A stretch of 64,000 bases of DNA from Dialister sp. Its GTDB lineage: Bacteria; Bacillota; Negativicutes; Veillonellales; Dialisteraceae. Made by a program: the position numbers and the translations under genes. The stretch spans positions 58,146-122,145 of the forward strand of contig NZ_JBJEXP010000079.1 in assembly GCF_051885895.1 (NCBI RefSeq), read 5' to 3'. The notes beneath the pieces were generated by a model, which had not been told where the DNA came from, did not search any database, and saw only the letters and a list, made by a program, of their open reading frames with translations. Shown in pieces: positions 36,866 through 46,538 of the stretch (position 1 is the stretch's first letter; the number at the start of each line of letters is the position of its first letter).

Positions 36866-37348
36866 ATGAGCCGGGAGACGAAAATAGGGATTGCGGTTTT
36901 TATCCTTCTGCTCTTTATCGGCACGGCCGGCTTGTTTCTTGAACCTTTTCACTGGCTGCACCGGGATACCTACGAGGTGCATGCGGTTTTTGACAATGCC
37001 CAGGGCATCAGGGAAAAGGCCCAGGTGCTCTATGCCGGCGTATATGTGGGCAATGTCCGCAGGATCCGTGTAAAGGACGGGAAAGCAATCCTGGATCTGG
37101 ATATTAAGGAGAAGACGGTGATTCCGGAGGATGCCCGGTTCACCATTGACAGCTCCGGCGTAGTAGGCGATCTTTATGTGAAGATTTCCGGCGGCCGTCC
37201 GGGGAGCCGCATCCTTTCTGACGGGATGACGGTGCAGGAATACAGGAATGACCGGATGGATGAGCTGATGAATAAAGCCGGAAAGCTGATGGATACGGCT
37301 AAAAGCGTACAGGAAAATATAGAGGGCCTCCGAGACGGCGGAAAGTAG
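36866..37348 (+). CDS. MCE/MlaD family protein
   Basis: N-terminal TM, FDNAQGI...VLYAGVYVGNV, SGVVGDLYV. Confidence 0.85.
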   Translation: MSRETKIGIAVFILLLFIGTAGLFLEPFHWLHRDTYEVHAVFDNAQGIREKAQVLYAGVYVGNVRRIRVKDGKAILDLDIKEKTVIPEDARFTIDSSGVVGDLYVKISGGRPGSRILSDGMTVQEYRNDRMDELMNKAGKLMDTAKSVQENIEGLRDGGK

Positions 37349-37445
37349 CGCCGGCAAAGCGCAGATGCTCCGGATACCGGATTTCATTTGACCTTTTTTC
37401 TCTGCTGTGCAGGAAAGCAGGGAATATAAAAAGCATAGGCTCCAT

Positions 37446-37478
37446 AAAAAAAGCACGGTCTCTGCAGACCGTGCTTTT
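37446..37478. terminator. Bidirectional terminator mlaD / nitroreductase
   Basis: AAAAGCACGGTC / GACCGTGCTTTT. Confidence 0.7.
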
Positions 37479-37492
37479 CGTTTCTTCCGGGT

Positions 37493-38083
37493 TCAGTCTC
37501 TGACTTCGATAACCTCGTTTTCGCTCTTCCTTGCCAGAGGGCAGGGGTTGTGGTTCGGGTAGCCGAAGGACATGGCCATAACCATTTCTCCTTCGCCCAG
37601 CCAGTCGTGAAGTTCTTCGTAGGCAAAGAAAATATTTCCGATCCAAAGGCTCCCGATGCCCATGGATTCTGCCTGGAGAGCCATGTTTTCCGCAGCGGCG
37701 CCGATGGCCTGCACATCGGAAAGTTCATGAATCTTTTCGGCGGCAGTCCAGTTGTCGGTGAGGGGACGGCCTGTGGGGTTGACGATGAAAACAAGGACCG
37801 GTGCCTGTTCCATGCATTTCAGGGTGAAGCGGGCGTTGGTAAAGAGCTCCGGTGCGCCGGCCAGAACGCCTTCTCCCTTTTCTGATTTTTCAATGCCCTT
37901 TTCCATCAGGGCCAGGGCGGTTTTCTTGCTTTCTCCCTTGACCACGATGAACTTCCAGGGCTGGCGGTTTTTGGCAGAAGGAGCCCACATGCCTGCACGA
38001 AGGATTTCCCGCATGTCTACCTTGGAAATGTCAGTGTTCTTGAAGAAACGGACGCTTCTTCTTTTGAAAATCAGATTGTACAT
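37493..38083 (-). CDS. Nitroreductase family protein (paralogue of 34892-35536)
   Basis: IFKRRSVRFF, AGMWAPSAKNRQPW, AAENMAL, GSLW. Confidence 0.9.
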   Translation of the reverse strand: MYNLIFKRRSVRFFKNTDISKVDMREILRAGMWAPSAKNRQPWKFIVVKGESKKTALALMEKGIEKSEKGEGVLAGAPELFTNARFTLKCMEQAPVLVFIVNPTGRPLTDNWTAAEKIHELSDVQAIGAAAENMALQAESMGIGSLWIGNIFFAYEELHDWLGEGEMVMAMSFGYPNHNPCPLARKSENEVIEVRD

Positions 38084-38283
38084 AGTATTTCCACCTTTCC
38101 AGTTTTTATCTTCCTGTTAGAATCATACCGCTTTTATTATACACCGTTTTACAGGTTTGGTGTGAAAAAAGTCGTTTCCCGCAGGTGGTGAGAGCTTCGG
38201 CATCCTGCTCAGCAGCGCCTGTTTTGAGCCATTTTTCTGTGCCCTGTTTCCTGTCCTTAAAGGGTATGTTAAAATATAGGAAA

Positions 38284-38541
38284 TCCCTAAAAATGTCATT
38301 TTAGGGAGGGCCGCAGGCCGTTTTATAAGCCGTACAGCCGGCGCGAAAAGAGTTTTCGCAAGCTGAGGGAGGATCTTCCTCCATGAGTTGATACGAAAGA
38401 TTTTTCGTACAGGATTTTAGGGAATGCTGATATGCCGATTGGATTCAGTCATGGATTTTTATGGGGGTTTTGGACCGCATAAAAATCAAAGGATGAGGAA
38501 AAAGACAGAAGATGCTGGTTTTCCTGACGGATACATATCAG
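38284..38541 (+). ncRNA. Candidate structured leader/ncRNA upstream of mcrB-like gene
   Basis: Extended -10 TG-T-TAAAAT at 38267-38275; seven stems identified by eye; not a family I recognise. Confidence 0.4.
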
Positions 38542-38566
38542 TCCCCTGGAAAGAAGGAAATTGAAT

Positions 38567-40666
38567 ATGGGGAATTATAATTCAAATTACGGGAGTTCTG
38601 ACAGTTCTTTTTTTGCACTCCGCCAGGCTGACGGTAAGGTGCTTGGCCGTGTCCGCCCGGGAGTGAAGCTGTCTACGCCGCAGCCGGGAGTGAAGGATTA
38701 CCGTTTTTTTGTGGATCCGCTCTCCCCGCTGCCCAAGGGATTTGAAGAATCGGAAAAGCATGGATTTACAGGATTTATGAGCCGTATCGGCTGCGGGTAC
38801 AATGCTTTTGCCAATGAAGCGGATGCCCTGAATTATTTAAAGACCGTTTTCGGTGATGCATTCGTCACCTTTACGCCGGCCATCCGGAATAATAAGTTTT
38901 TTGTGCTGGATGATATGCAGCTGGAAGGCAGGACGCCTTTCATGGATGTGGATACCCATTTTTATCCCATTCCCGCTTTCGGCACCGTAGACCAGCCGCC
39001 CTTTTCCGGGGATATCAACAAGTTCTGCAGCCATATTCTGAATGGAAAGCCGCTGCCCGGCCTTTCCAAGAAATACTGGAATAATGATATACAGCCCCGG
39101 GTAATTATGGCAGCCACCAGAAATTTTGAGGGAAAGATCGGCCCCTGGGTGGTGTTTGCACCCCTCTATGACGATGCCTTTGACTCCACCGTTATCGGAG
39201 AAGGAGGCGCCTACTTCCATGTGAAGAACAATGGACCTCTGGGCTATGGAGTCGTGGACTTCAAAAATTCGGAACTCTTTTCCCATATCCTGCGCTGCAC
39301 CCATTCGCCCCTGTGGTTCGTGCCGGAGGAATTTATCCCCGATTTCCGGCTGAAGCTGAAGCCGGTGCCGGCAGACGGCGACCTGCTTGCAGACAGCGGC
39401 GTGCTGGTGAATCCTTTCTCCTCCCAGGACAGCATCATCCTTTCGGAAGAAGGAAATTCATTGGAAGGGAAAAAATTCAGAGAAGAGGATATGGAGGAAC
39501 TGATCCGGAGTCTTACATCGAAAGAAGAGAAGAAGCCGGTTAATGACGGAGAAGAGGAAATCACTTCCGAAGAAAAAGAAAGGCCGCTGGATGAGGCGGG
39601 CTTCCTGGAAAGACTGTCAGAAGCAGCAGAACGGTCCGGCCTTCTTTACGCAGAGGAAGACCTCATCAACTTTCATATTTCCCTTAAATCGTCCCGCCTG
39701 ACCATCCTGGCAGGAATGAGCGGCACCGGCAAATCGGGACTGGTGCGCCTTTACGGAAGAGCCCTGGGCCTTCCGGAAGAACAGGTGCGCTTCCTTGCCG
39801 TGCGTCCTTCCTGGATGGATGACGGAGACATCCTGGGATATGTGGATGTGAAGAATATGGTATACCGCAGTGCGGATACGGGACTGGCGGAATTTCTGGC
39901 GGAAGCGGCAGCGCATCCGGAGAAGATGTACCTGATCTGCTTTGATGAAATGAATCTGGCCAGAGCAGAGCACTATTTTGCCCAGTTCATTTCCGTACTG
40001 GAAAAAGAGGAAAATCCGGTGATCTGCCTGTACAATCCATCCCTGAAGGGAAAGCTGTACAATGGAGAATCCTATCCGGCGGAAATCCCTGTGGGAAGGA
40101 ATGTGCTCTTTACAGGGACGGTGAATGTGGATGAATCGACCTATCACTTTTCGGACAAGATTCTGGACAGGGCCAATGTGATTACCCTGCATCAGGGAAA
40201 GTTCCGCGACCTGCTCCAGCTGGGGAAGAAGGAAAAAATTGATTATCCGGAAATCCCGTCATCCCTCTTTGAAAGCTTCTGCCATGCGGACGGGCTGGGC
40301 CTTTCGGAAGAGGAACTGGATCTTCTGGACGCACTGAATGATGCTTTCCGGAAAAGCGGGATCCAGTGCGGCATCGGATTCCGTGTTGCCTGCCAGATGG
40401 GCCGGTATCTGGAAAATATACCGGAGGGACTCTCCTTTAACCGGGAAGAAGGGCTGGATGCCCAGGTGGTGCAGCGCATACTGACCAAGCTTCGGGGCTC
40501 TTCCCAGCAGCTCAGCACCCTGGTGTCCACCAATGACAAGGGAGAGCTGACCGGCTCCCTTCTGGATGTGCTGAACCGCTTCCATGGACTTTCTCCATTC
40601 ACTTCAGCCCGCAGCGTGCTGGAAGAAAAAGCCAGGGAGCTGAAACTCTATGACTACACCATCTAA
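38567..40666 (+). CDS. mcrB: McrB-like AAA+ GTPase (NxD variant) with uncharacterised N-terminal domain
   Basis: AGMSGTGKS Walker A, VRPSW, CFDEMNLAR Walker B, TVNVDES, DKILDRAN; start ATG 38567 (TTG 38561 alternative). Confidence 0.85.
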   Translation: MGNYNSNYGSSDSSFFALRQADGKVLGRVRPGVKLSTPQPGVKDYRFFVDPLSPLPKGFEESEKHGFTGFMSRIGCGYNAFANEADALNYLKTVFGDAFVTFTPAIRNNKFFVLDDMQLEGRTPFMDVDTHFYPIPAFGTVDQPPFSGDINKFCSHILNGKPLPGLSKKYWNNDIQPRVIMAATRNFEGKIGPWVVFAPLYDDAFDSTVIGEGGAYFHVKNNGPLGYGVVDFKNSELFSHILRCTHSPLWFVPEEFIPDFRLKLKPVPADGDLLADSGVLVNPFSSQDSIILSEEGNSLEGKKFREEDMEELIRSLTSKEEKKPVNDGEEEITSEEKERPLDEAGFLERLSEAAERSGLLYAEEDLINFHISLKSSRLTILAGMSGTGKSGLVRLYGRALGLPEEQVRFLAVRPSWMDDGDILGYVDVKNMVYRSADTGLAEFLAEAAAHPEKMYLICFDEMNLARAEHYFAQFISVLEKEENPVICLYNPSLKGKLYNGESYPAEIPVGRNVLFTGTVNVDESTYHFSDKILDRANVITLHQGKFRDLLQLGKKEKIDYPEIPSSLFESFCHADGLGLSEEELDLLDALNDAFRKSGIQCGIGFRVACQMGRYLENIPEGLSFNREEGLDAQVVQRILTKLRGSSQQLSTLVSTNDKGELTGSLLDVLNRFHGLSPFTSARSVLEEKARELKLYDYTI

Positions 40667-42401
40667 GCTGCCCTTCAGCCTGTCCTTTTCCGGCGGCTGG
40701 GATAAAGGGACACATCCTTTTACCCGGTTCACGGAAAATCCGTCGGAGCTGGGGGAAGATATGATGCCGGGGCTGACGCTGACGGAAAACCAGGACATTT
40801 ATGTCCGCTTTGACGGGCCTAAAGGATTCCGCTTTACCATGGACGGACTGGATGTGGTCACCATTCCCGGACAGGAAAGAGAAAACGGGCAGACCTATAT
40901 TGCCCCCTTCCGGCGGCAGGATCAGCCGCTTCTCCTTTTTGAAGGACAGGATTTTCCCCTGGTGCCGGGCTACTATGTGCTGACGGTGGAAGGAAACGGG
41001 AAAAGCTGGTACGGGATTATGGAAATTACGCCCAAGTACATGGGCAAACAGAGCTGGCAGGACATGCGGGACGAGCTGGCCGATGAAATCCGCACCCTGT
41101 CCTTTGATTTCATGAAAAAGAACATCCATATTTCCAAGGCATTGGAAGGGGCGCTGGGTCTCAGCACATCCATGCTCCTCCGCTTTTATACCATCAGCGA
41201 TGAGTCGCCGGTGGTGCTGAATGTGCTGGATGAGCTTTCCCATACAGCCAACGCCCGTCTGGTACTGAAGCTGAAGCAGACCCGTCTGGAGGAGGGGCGC
41301 CGCATGGATCCCCATATCCGTCCCCAGCACGTGAAAGAAAGGACGGGCATGGGACGCATGCCTGCCCTGTATACGGAAATCACCAGAGATGTGGCGGAAA
41401 ACCGCTTTGCCAAGTCCATTCTTCTGTCGCTGGACCGCATTCTGCAGCAGTTTCTGGAAGAAATCAGAGGCCCTGTGGAAAGGCTGGAGCGAAAGCAGGC
41501 GGAATTACGGAAATATACCCGGGGACTGGAATATAAAACCGGTGAAAAGGCGCTGTCCCGTCTCCGCCTGTATGAACAGCGGGCACGGCGCATTAAGAAC
41601 AGCATCCGCCGCGTCTCTCTGGCGCCCTGGTTTGAAGAGGCCCGGGGCGAGATGCCCGGCGAAGTGCCTATGGCTGTTTTTATGGATCCAAGGTACAGCG
41701 TGCTCTACCGGCTGTATAAGAATCTCTCGGATCCGGCGGGAAGCCTGGATGTGTCCAGTTTCTACCAGTTCCAGTGGAAACGGACGGATAAACTGTATGA
41801 GCTGTGGGGCTTCCTCCAGTTCATCAAGGCGCTGACAGCGAAGGGCTGGGAGCTGGAGGAAGGCATTTCCGTCATTAAAGAGGAAGGACGGTACCGCCTG
41901 TCCAGTTTGGAGTCAGGTACGGAAATCAAGCTGCGGCGCGGCGGTGAGGAAGTGCATCTGACCTATGACGGAATTCTTCCTTCCTCTTCTTCGGAAACGG
42001 ATCGGGAAAATCATCCTCTGTATACCAATAATTCCCACCGCCAGCCGGATCTCCGCCTGGATTATTACCGGGAGGGACTTTATTACGGCTCCCTGGTGGC
42101 GGATTTCAAATACAGGGATATTCTCTTCCTCTGGCAGGATGAAACAAGAAGCGCCAGCCTTCGCCGCCAGTTCAACGCGTACAGGGACATGAATACCCGG
42201 TTTTACCGGGATTATGATGAAACCTCTTCCCTCCGCGACAGCCGGCCGGTGAAGGAGGTATGGGCTCTGTTTCCCCGGGAGATTCCGGGAAGAAGTGATG
42301 AAGACTACAGCCTCCGCTTCATTCCTCTGGCGCCGGGACTCAAAAGCAACGGGCGTCTGGCGGAGGAACTGGAAACCTACCTGGCTTCCCTGCGGGAATG
42401 A
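40650..42401 (+). CDS. mcrC: McrC-like DUF2357 / PD-(D/E)xK nuclease
   Basis: Beta-rich N-terminus, ENRFAK, YSVLYRLY, TDKLYELW, RQPDLRL...ADFKYR; overlaps mcrB stop by 17 bp. Confidence 0.82.
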   Translation: MTTPSKLPFSLSFSGGWDKGTHPFTRFTENPSELGEDMMPGLTLTENQDIYVRFDGPKGFRFTMDGLDVVTIPGQERENGQTYIAPFRRQDQPLLLFEGQDFPLVPGYYVLTVEGNGKSWYGIMEITPKYMGKQSWQDMRDELADEIRTLSFDFMKKNIHISKALEGALGLSTSMLLRFYTISDESPVVLNVLDELSHTANARLVLKLKQTRLEEGRRMDPHIRPQHVKERTGMGRMPALYTEITRDVAENRFAKSILLSLDRILQQFLEEIRGPVERLERKQAELRKYTRGLEYKTGEKALSRLRLYEQRARRIKNSIRRVSLAPWFEEARGEMPGEVPMAVFMDPRYSVLYRLYKNLSDPAGSLDVSSFYQFQWKRTDKLYELWGFLQFIKALTAKGWELEEGISVIKEEGRYRLSSLESGTEIKLRRGGEEVHLTYDGILPSSSSETDRENHPLYTNNSHRQPDLRLDYYREGLYYGSLVADFKYRDILFLWQDETRSASLRRQFNAYRDMNTRFYRDYDETSSLRDSRPVKEVWALFPREIPGRSDEDYSLRFIPLAPGLKSNGRLAEELETYLASLRE

Positions 42402-42418
42402 AATGCAAAAAAAAAGAA

Positions 42419-42452
42419 AAAAGCGGCACCTTCTGCGGAAGGTGCCGCTTTT
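42419..42452. terminator. Bidirectional terminator mcrC / ABC exporter
   Basis: AAAAGCGGCACCTTC-TGCG-GAAGGTGCCGCTTTT. Confidence 0.85.
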
Positions 42453-42502
42453 GCTGTGGGATAAAGAGATGTATTTTTTATGAGCGCCGCTGTTTTCGGC
42501 CC

Positions 42503-44158
42503 TTATGAATCAGTGCCCTTTCCTATCCAGAGGATGCGTCCTTTCCCGTTTATTTCCAGTCTGTGGGAGATGGAAAGCACGGTTCTCCGGCTGGAAGCCC
42601 GGGACAGGGCATCCAGTACCTTTTTCTCAGTAATGGAATCCAGGTGGGCATTCATTTCATCCAGGAGAAGGAGAGGCGGCTGGAAGACCATGGCCCGGGC
42701 AATGGCAAGGAGCTGGCGTTCGCCCTGGGAGAAAAGGCCTTCCTGAAACGGGGTATCCAGTTTCTGCGGAAGTTTCATGCAGGTTTCGTACAGTCCGGCA
42801 AGCTGGAGAGCCGGTTTTATTTTTTCATCAGTGACACGGGCATCGCCCAGGGTGAGCTGATCTCTCACCGTACCTTCCACCATGGGAATGGACTGAGTCA
42901 CGATGCCGAAAATTTCCCGCCTTTTTTCCGGCGGCAGAGAAAGGGGATTCTTTCCGAACACCAGAATGCTTCCTTCATCCGGCGGATACAGTCCGGAAAT
43001 CAGCTTGAAAAGGGTGCTCTTTCCGCTGCCTGTCCTTCCGGCAATGGTGATTTTTTCACCGGCGCGAAGAGTCAGGGAGAAATCCCTGAAAAGAGGATGC
43101 CCCTTTTCGTAGGCAAAGGAAAGGTGGCTGATGGCAAGGGGAATCGTTTCATCCCCTTCCTCCAGGGAAGGAGGCTCCATTTCTTTTTCTTCCAGAAAGT
43201 CCTGGATGCGGCGGGTGCCGGCCATGGCGGACTGGATATTTTCGATTTCCATGCCCATGCTCTCCAGCGGAGAAAAGATTTTTCCCACGTAGGCAATGAG
43301 AGCGGCGGCAGTGCCGGCGGTTATGCCGAAGAGAGAGGCCGAGTCGGGACTGCTGACGGACAGGACGGCCATAAGGGCGATGATGAGGGCACTGACGGTG
43401 ATAATGATGGGAGAATAGATGGAGTCGTAGAAATTGGTTTTCTCCATGGCCTTGAAGCTCTGGATGATGGAGGAGCCGTATCTCTTTTTCATGAAATCTT
43501 CACAGCCTGTGAGATGAATGGTGCGGATATTGGCAGAGGTTTCCGGAATGATTTCATTGGTGGCTGCCACGGCCTGCCGGTTTTCCAGCTGGGCAGAAAG
43601 CATGCGCTTCTGGAAGGCGCGGGTCAGGCAGAAAAGAAGGGGAAGGGCCAGAAGGAGGATGATAAAAAGGCCGGGACTCAGGTAAAAGACGGCAGCCAGA
43701 ATGGAAATCACGCGGCAGGCGTCAGCGGCCATGCTGATAATGCCGGAGTCGAAGAGGTCTTCTATGGTGTCTACATCATTGACGAAAAGGGATGTGACAC
43801 GGCCTCCCTCGTGATGAATGAAGTAGGAGGCGGGAAGACGGTTCAGCTTGGCGGCCATGGTGTGCCGGATATGCCGGGTGACTGCCTGGCCGAAGCAGGT
43901 GATGAAGGACTCCCTGGCGGCATCGGAAAGGCCGGAAAGAGCGGTGAGGGAAAAATAAAGCAGCCCCCACAGAAGCAGGTGCCCCGTGGTCACGGTGCCG
44001 TCGGTCAGGGAATCAATGGCTCTCTGAAGCACCAGAGGCGGAAGGACGCCAAGGGTGAGGGACAGCAGAATGACTGCAAGCAGGGCGGCGGTAAGACGGG
44101 GATGGACAGAAATAGCGGAAAGAACAATCTGCTTCAAACTGTTTCGCTTTTCATGCAT
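42503..44158 (-). CDS. Heterodimeric ABC exporter subunit (TMD+NBD, degenerate signature)
   Basis: 6 TM region, GRTGSGKST, FSQGERQ, LLLDE. Confidence 0.9.
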   Translation of the reverse strand: MHEKRNSLKQIVLSAISVHPRLTAALLAVILLSLTLGVLPPLVLQRAIDSLTDGTVTTGHLLLWGLLYFSLTALSGLSDAARESFITCFGQAVTRHIRHTMAAKLNRLPASYFIHHEGGRVTSLFVNDVDTIEDLFDSGIISMAADACRVISILAAVFYLSPGLFIILLLALPLLFCLTRAFQKRMLSAQLENRQAVAATNEIIPETSANIRTIHLTGCEDFMKKRYGSSIIQSFKAMEKTNFYDSIYSPIIITVSALIIALMAVLSVSSPDSASLFGITAGTAAALIAYVGKIFSPLESMGMEIENIQSAMAGTRRIQDFLEEKEMEPPSLEEGDETIPLAISHLSFAYEKGHPLFRDFSLTLRAGEKITIAGRTGSGKSTLFKLISGLYPPDEGSILVFGKNPLSLPPEKRREIFGIVTQSIPMVEGTVRDQLTLGDARVTDEKIKPALQLAGLYETCMKLPQKLDTPFQEGLFSQGERQLLAIARAMVFQPPLLLLDEMNAHLDSITEKKVLDALSRASSRRTVLSISHRLEINGKGRILWIGKGTDS

Positions 44159-44245
44159 GGCATTTTCCTTTCAAAATCATGGACAGGCAGGATTTCTGCT
44201 ATCTGTCCTTCGAACGGGACGGCTGTTTACGAAGTGCTGCAGGCT

Positions 44246-45979
44246 TCATGCGGGCGGGCTGCTTCTTTCTCCGGTCTGTATTTCCCAGAGCCGTCTGTAT
44301 TCTTTGTTATGCGCCAGCAGCTCCTGATGAGTGGATGCGGTGACACGGCCGTCCTGCCCTATCCAGAGGACTTTGTCCAGCTGGGGGAAGGTGCGGAGGC
44401 GGTGAGAAATCAGAAGGATGATGGAATTCCGGCAAACGGAGGATAGACGGGTAAAAATGAGATCTTCCGTGGTATAGTCCACCGAGGCGAAGGGATCGTC
44501 CAGAATAAGGAGGGGACGTTTGTGATAGACCAGACGGGCAAGGACAAGGCGGGCTTTCTGTCCTCCGGAAAGCCGGACGCCGCCTTCACCGACAGCGGTT
44601 CTGATTCCTTCCGGGAAGGAGGAAATATCCTCGTCCAGACAGGAGGCCCACAGGGCTTCCTGCAGGTTTCCCGGCTTTCCCAGACGGATGTTGTCTTCCA
44701 CGGAGGCGCTGAACAGTTCTGCTTCGTGGCCCATGTAGCCTATGAGAGACCGGGGAGATATATCCGATCCCAGTTCTTTTCCGCCCCAAAGAATGGAGCC
44801 TTCATGAGGGGATTCCATGAGGAAGATCCGGCCCAGCGTGGATTTTCCCGAGGCTGTTTCACCGGTGATGCCGATGATGTCTCCGGGGCGGGCGCTGAAG
44901 GAGCAGTCTCTGATGACGGGACGGCTGCCGCCGTCATAGGTAAAGGATACACGGCTTACGGTAAGAGAGGCAGGAGAAACGGGAGTGAAAGAGGGCGTAT
45001 CTTCCGGAATCAGGTAGGAATGAATCCGCTGCCAGGAAACTTCCGCTTTCTGCAGGGCGTTGAAAAGGTGGGCCGCATGGGAGGCCTTGACTGCCAGCCG
45101 GGTAAAGCAGGCAAGATAGGCGGCAAAGGCGGCGATATTCCAGGTTTCCCATCCAAGGCCCATTACGTTTTTTCCGCCCAGCCAGAGGATGAACAGGGAG
45201 CCGGTCATGGCGATGACCTGGTACAGAGGCTCCATCGTATTTTCCCACAGGCCGGAATGGATCCGCTTTTTCTCGTAATCGGCGAGGAGCCGCTCATACC
45301 GGCCGTTCTGCGTTTTTTCTTCCCCGAAAAGACGGTAGGCCATGGCATTCTGGATACGGTCCATGGTACCGGCGGCCAGCTGCCCGGCGGATTCTCTGGA
45401 TTTTCTGCTGGCGGTGGTGACCGCCTTTTTCAGTCTGTCTGCCAGAAAATAGGCAGCCGGCGGGAAAAGGAGCACCAGAAAGGTCAGACGCCAGTCATAG
45501 TAGAAAAGCATGGCGCTGTAGGCTGCCATGGCTATGCCGGTATCAAAAACTTCCGTGGTAAATTTCCGCATGCCTTCGGCGCAGGCATCCACATCAGAAA
45601 TCACCCGGGTCATCAGATTCCCTGCTCCCTGTCCCTGCAGCTCCTGACGGCTTCTGGCAAGGAGGCGGACATAAATGATTTCCTTCATGGAAAGGCCGGT
45701 ATGATTGGCAAAACGGCGTACGTAAAGCCGCTTGACATACCGCATGGCCTGTACAAAAAGAATGGCAAGCACGTAGCAGAGAGCAAGGAGCACCATATCA
45801 GAGGGCCGGCGGAGGCCCTCCAGGATATCTGCTATGTACTGGGACAGCTGCCCTTCAAACCAGGGAGTCAGAACCAGCCCCAGATTGTATAAAAGACCGC
45901 TGACGGTAGTGACAGCCAGCACCTTTTTCTCCTTCAGAAAATAATAGGATACCCTGTCGGTTCGTAGCCTTTCTGCCAT
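44246..45979 (-). CDS. Heterodimeric ABC exporter subunit (TMD+NBD, non-canonical Walker B)
   Basis: GETASGKST, LSGGQKAR, LILDD; start ATG 45979 after AGGGAGG. Confidence 0.9.
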   Translation of the reverse strand: MAERLRTDRVSYYFLKEKKVLAVTTVSGLLYNLGLVLTPWFEGQLSQYIADILEGLRRPSDMVLLALCYVLAILFVQAMRYVKRLYVRRFANHTGLSMKEIIYVRLLARSRQELQGQGAGNLMTRVISDVDACAEGMRKFTTEVFDTGIAMAAYSAMLFYYDWRLTFLVLLFPPAAYFLADRLKKAVTTASRKSRESAGQLAAGTMDRIQNAMAYRLFGEEKTQNGRYERLLADYEKKRIHSGLWENTMEPLYQVIAMTGSLFILWLGGKNVMGLGWETWNIAAFAAYLACFTRLAVKASHAAHLFNALQKAEVSWQRIHSYLIPEDTPSFTPVSPASLTVSRVSFTYDGGSRPVIRDCSFSARPGDIIGITGETASGKSTLGRIFLMESPHEGSILWGGKELGSDISPRSLIGYMGHEAELFSASVEDNIRLGKPGNLQEALWASCLDEDISSFPEGIRTAVGEGGVRLSGGQKARLVLARLVYHKRPLLILDDPFASVDYTTEDLIFTRLSSVCRNSIILLISHRLRTFPQLDKVLWIGQDGRVTASTHQELLAHNKEYRRLWEIQTGERSSPPA

Positions 45980-46239
45980 ATGTTTTCCTCCCTGCCGTAA
46001 TGATACTTTTATTATAAAATAGGAGGAGAGGGAAAGAGTTAAAGAAATCTTAAATCTGCAGAAGGGGAAGAAAGAAAAAGCTTTCCGCACCCCTGTTTTT
46101 GGAAGGGAGGAACCTCGGGCAAGTGCGGATTTTCGCATTTCTTTTCGGAGAAAAGGAAAAAATCCCCTTTACAAATGGGGAAAGTGCATGTATACTATTC
46201 TCAACTTCAATTTTTGAATAAAGCTTTACAGCACAGCTT

Positions 46240-46466
46240 GTGCATAAAAGACAAGGAACGGAAGCGAGTGATACGGTTTCCTCTCAGAGAGCTGCCGGAA
46301 GGTGGAAGACAGCAGGAGATCCTCACAGAGTCGTCCGCAAGTCCTGTATCTGAACCGAGTAGGATATGGCGTTTGGCACCGTTACAAGGCCGCATGAGTA
46401 TAGTGCGAGGTGGTACCGCGTAGGTGTTACGCCCTGGTTGATTTTTATCAATCAGGGCGTTTTTTG
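46240..46466 (+). ncRNA. T-box riboswitch upstream of TRAP operon (specifier unresolved)
   Basis: Promoter TTTACA-N17-TATACT (46169-46197); AGAGAGCTG, CCGTTA, GAGGTGGTACCGCG at 46407, terminator 46429-46466. Confidence 0.88.
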
Positions 46467-46538
46467 TAGTATGGCAGAGGTTCCGGGCTTGATTTCAAAA
46501 AGAAAGAATACAGATGAGTTCATTTAAAGGAGGATTTC

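Noticed and set aside
38284-38423. Retron msr-msd or 6S RNA identity for the mcrB leader
   Set aside because: No reverse transcriptase in the window, and the multi-branch fold does not fit the 6S rod with central bubble
42563-44446. 627-aa plus-strand ORF and similar long antisense ORFs (14484-16193, 47834-49663, 6615-8300, 44522-45892)
   Set aside because: They shadow well-supported genes on the opposite strand, lack motifs and RBS, and are expected from GC-rich codon bias
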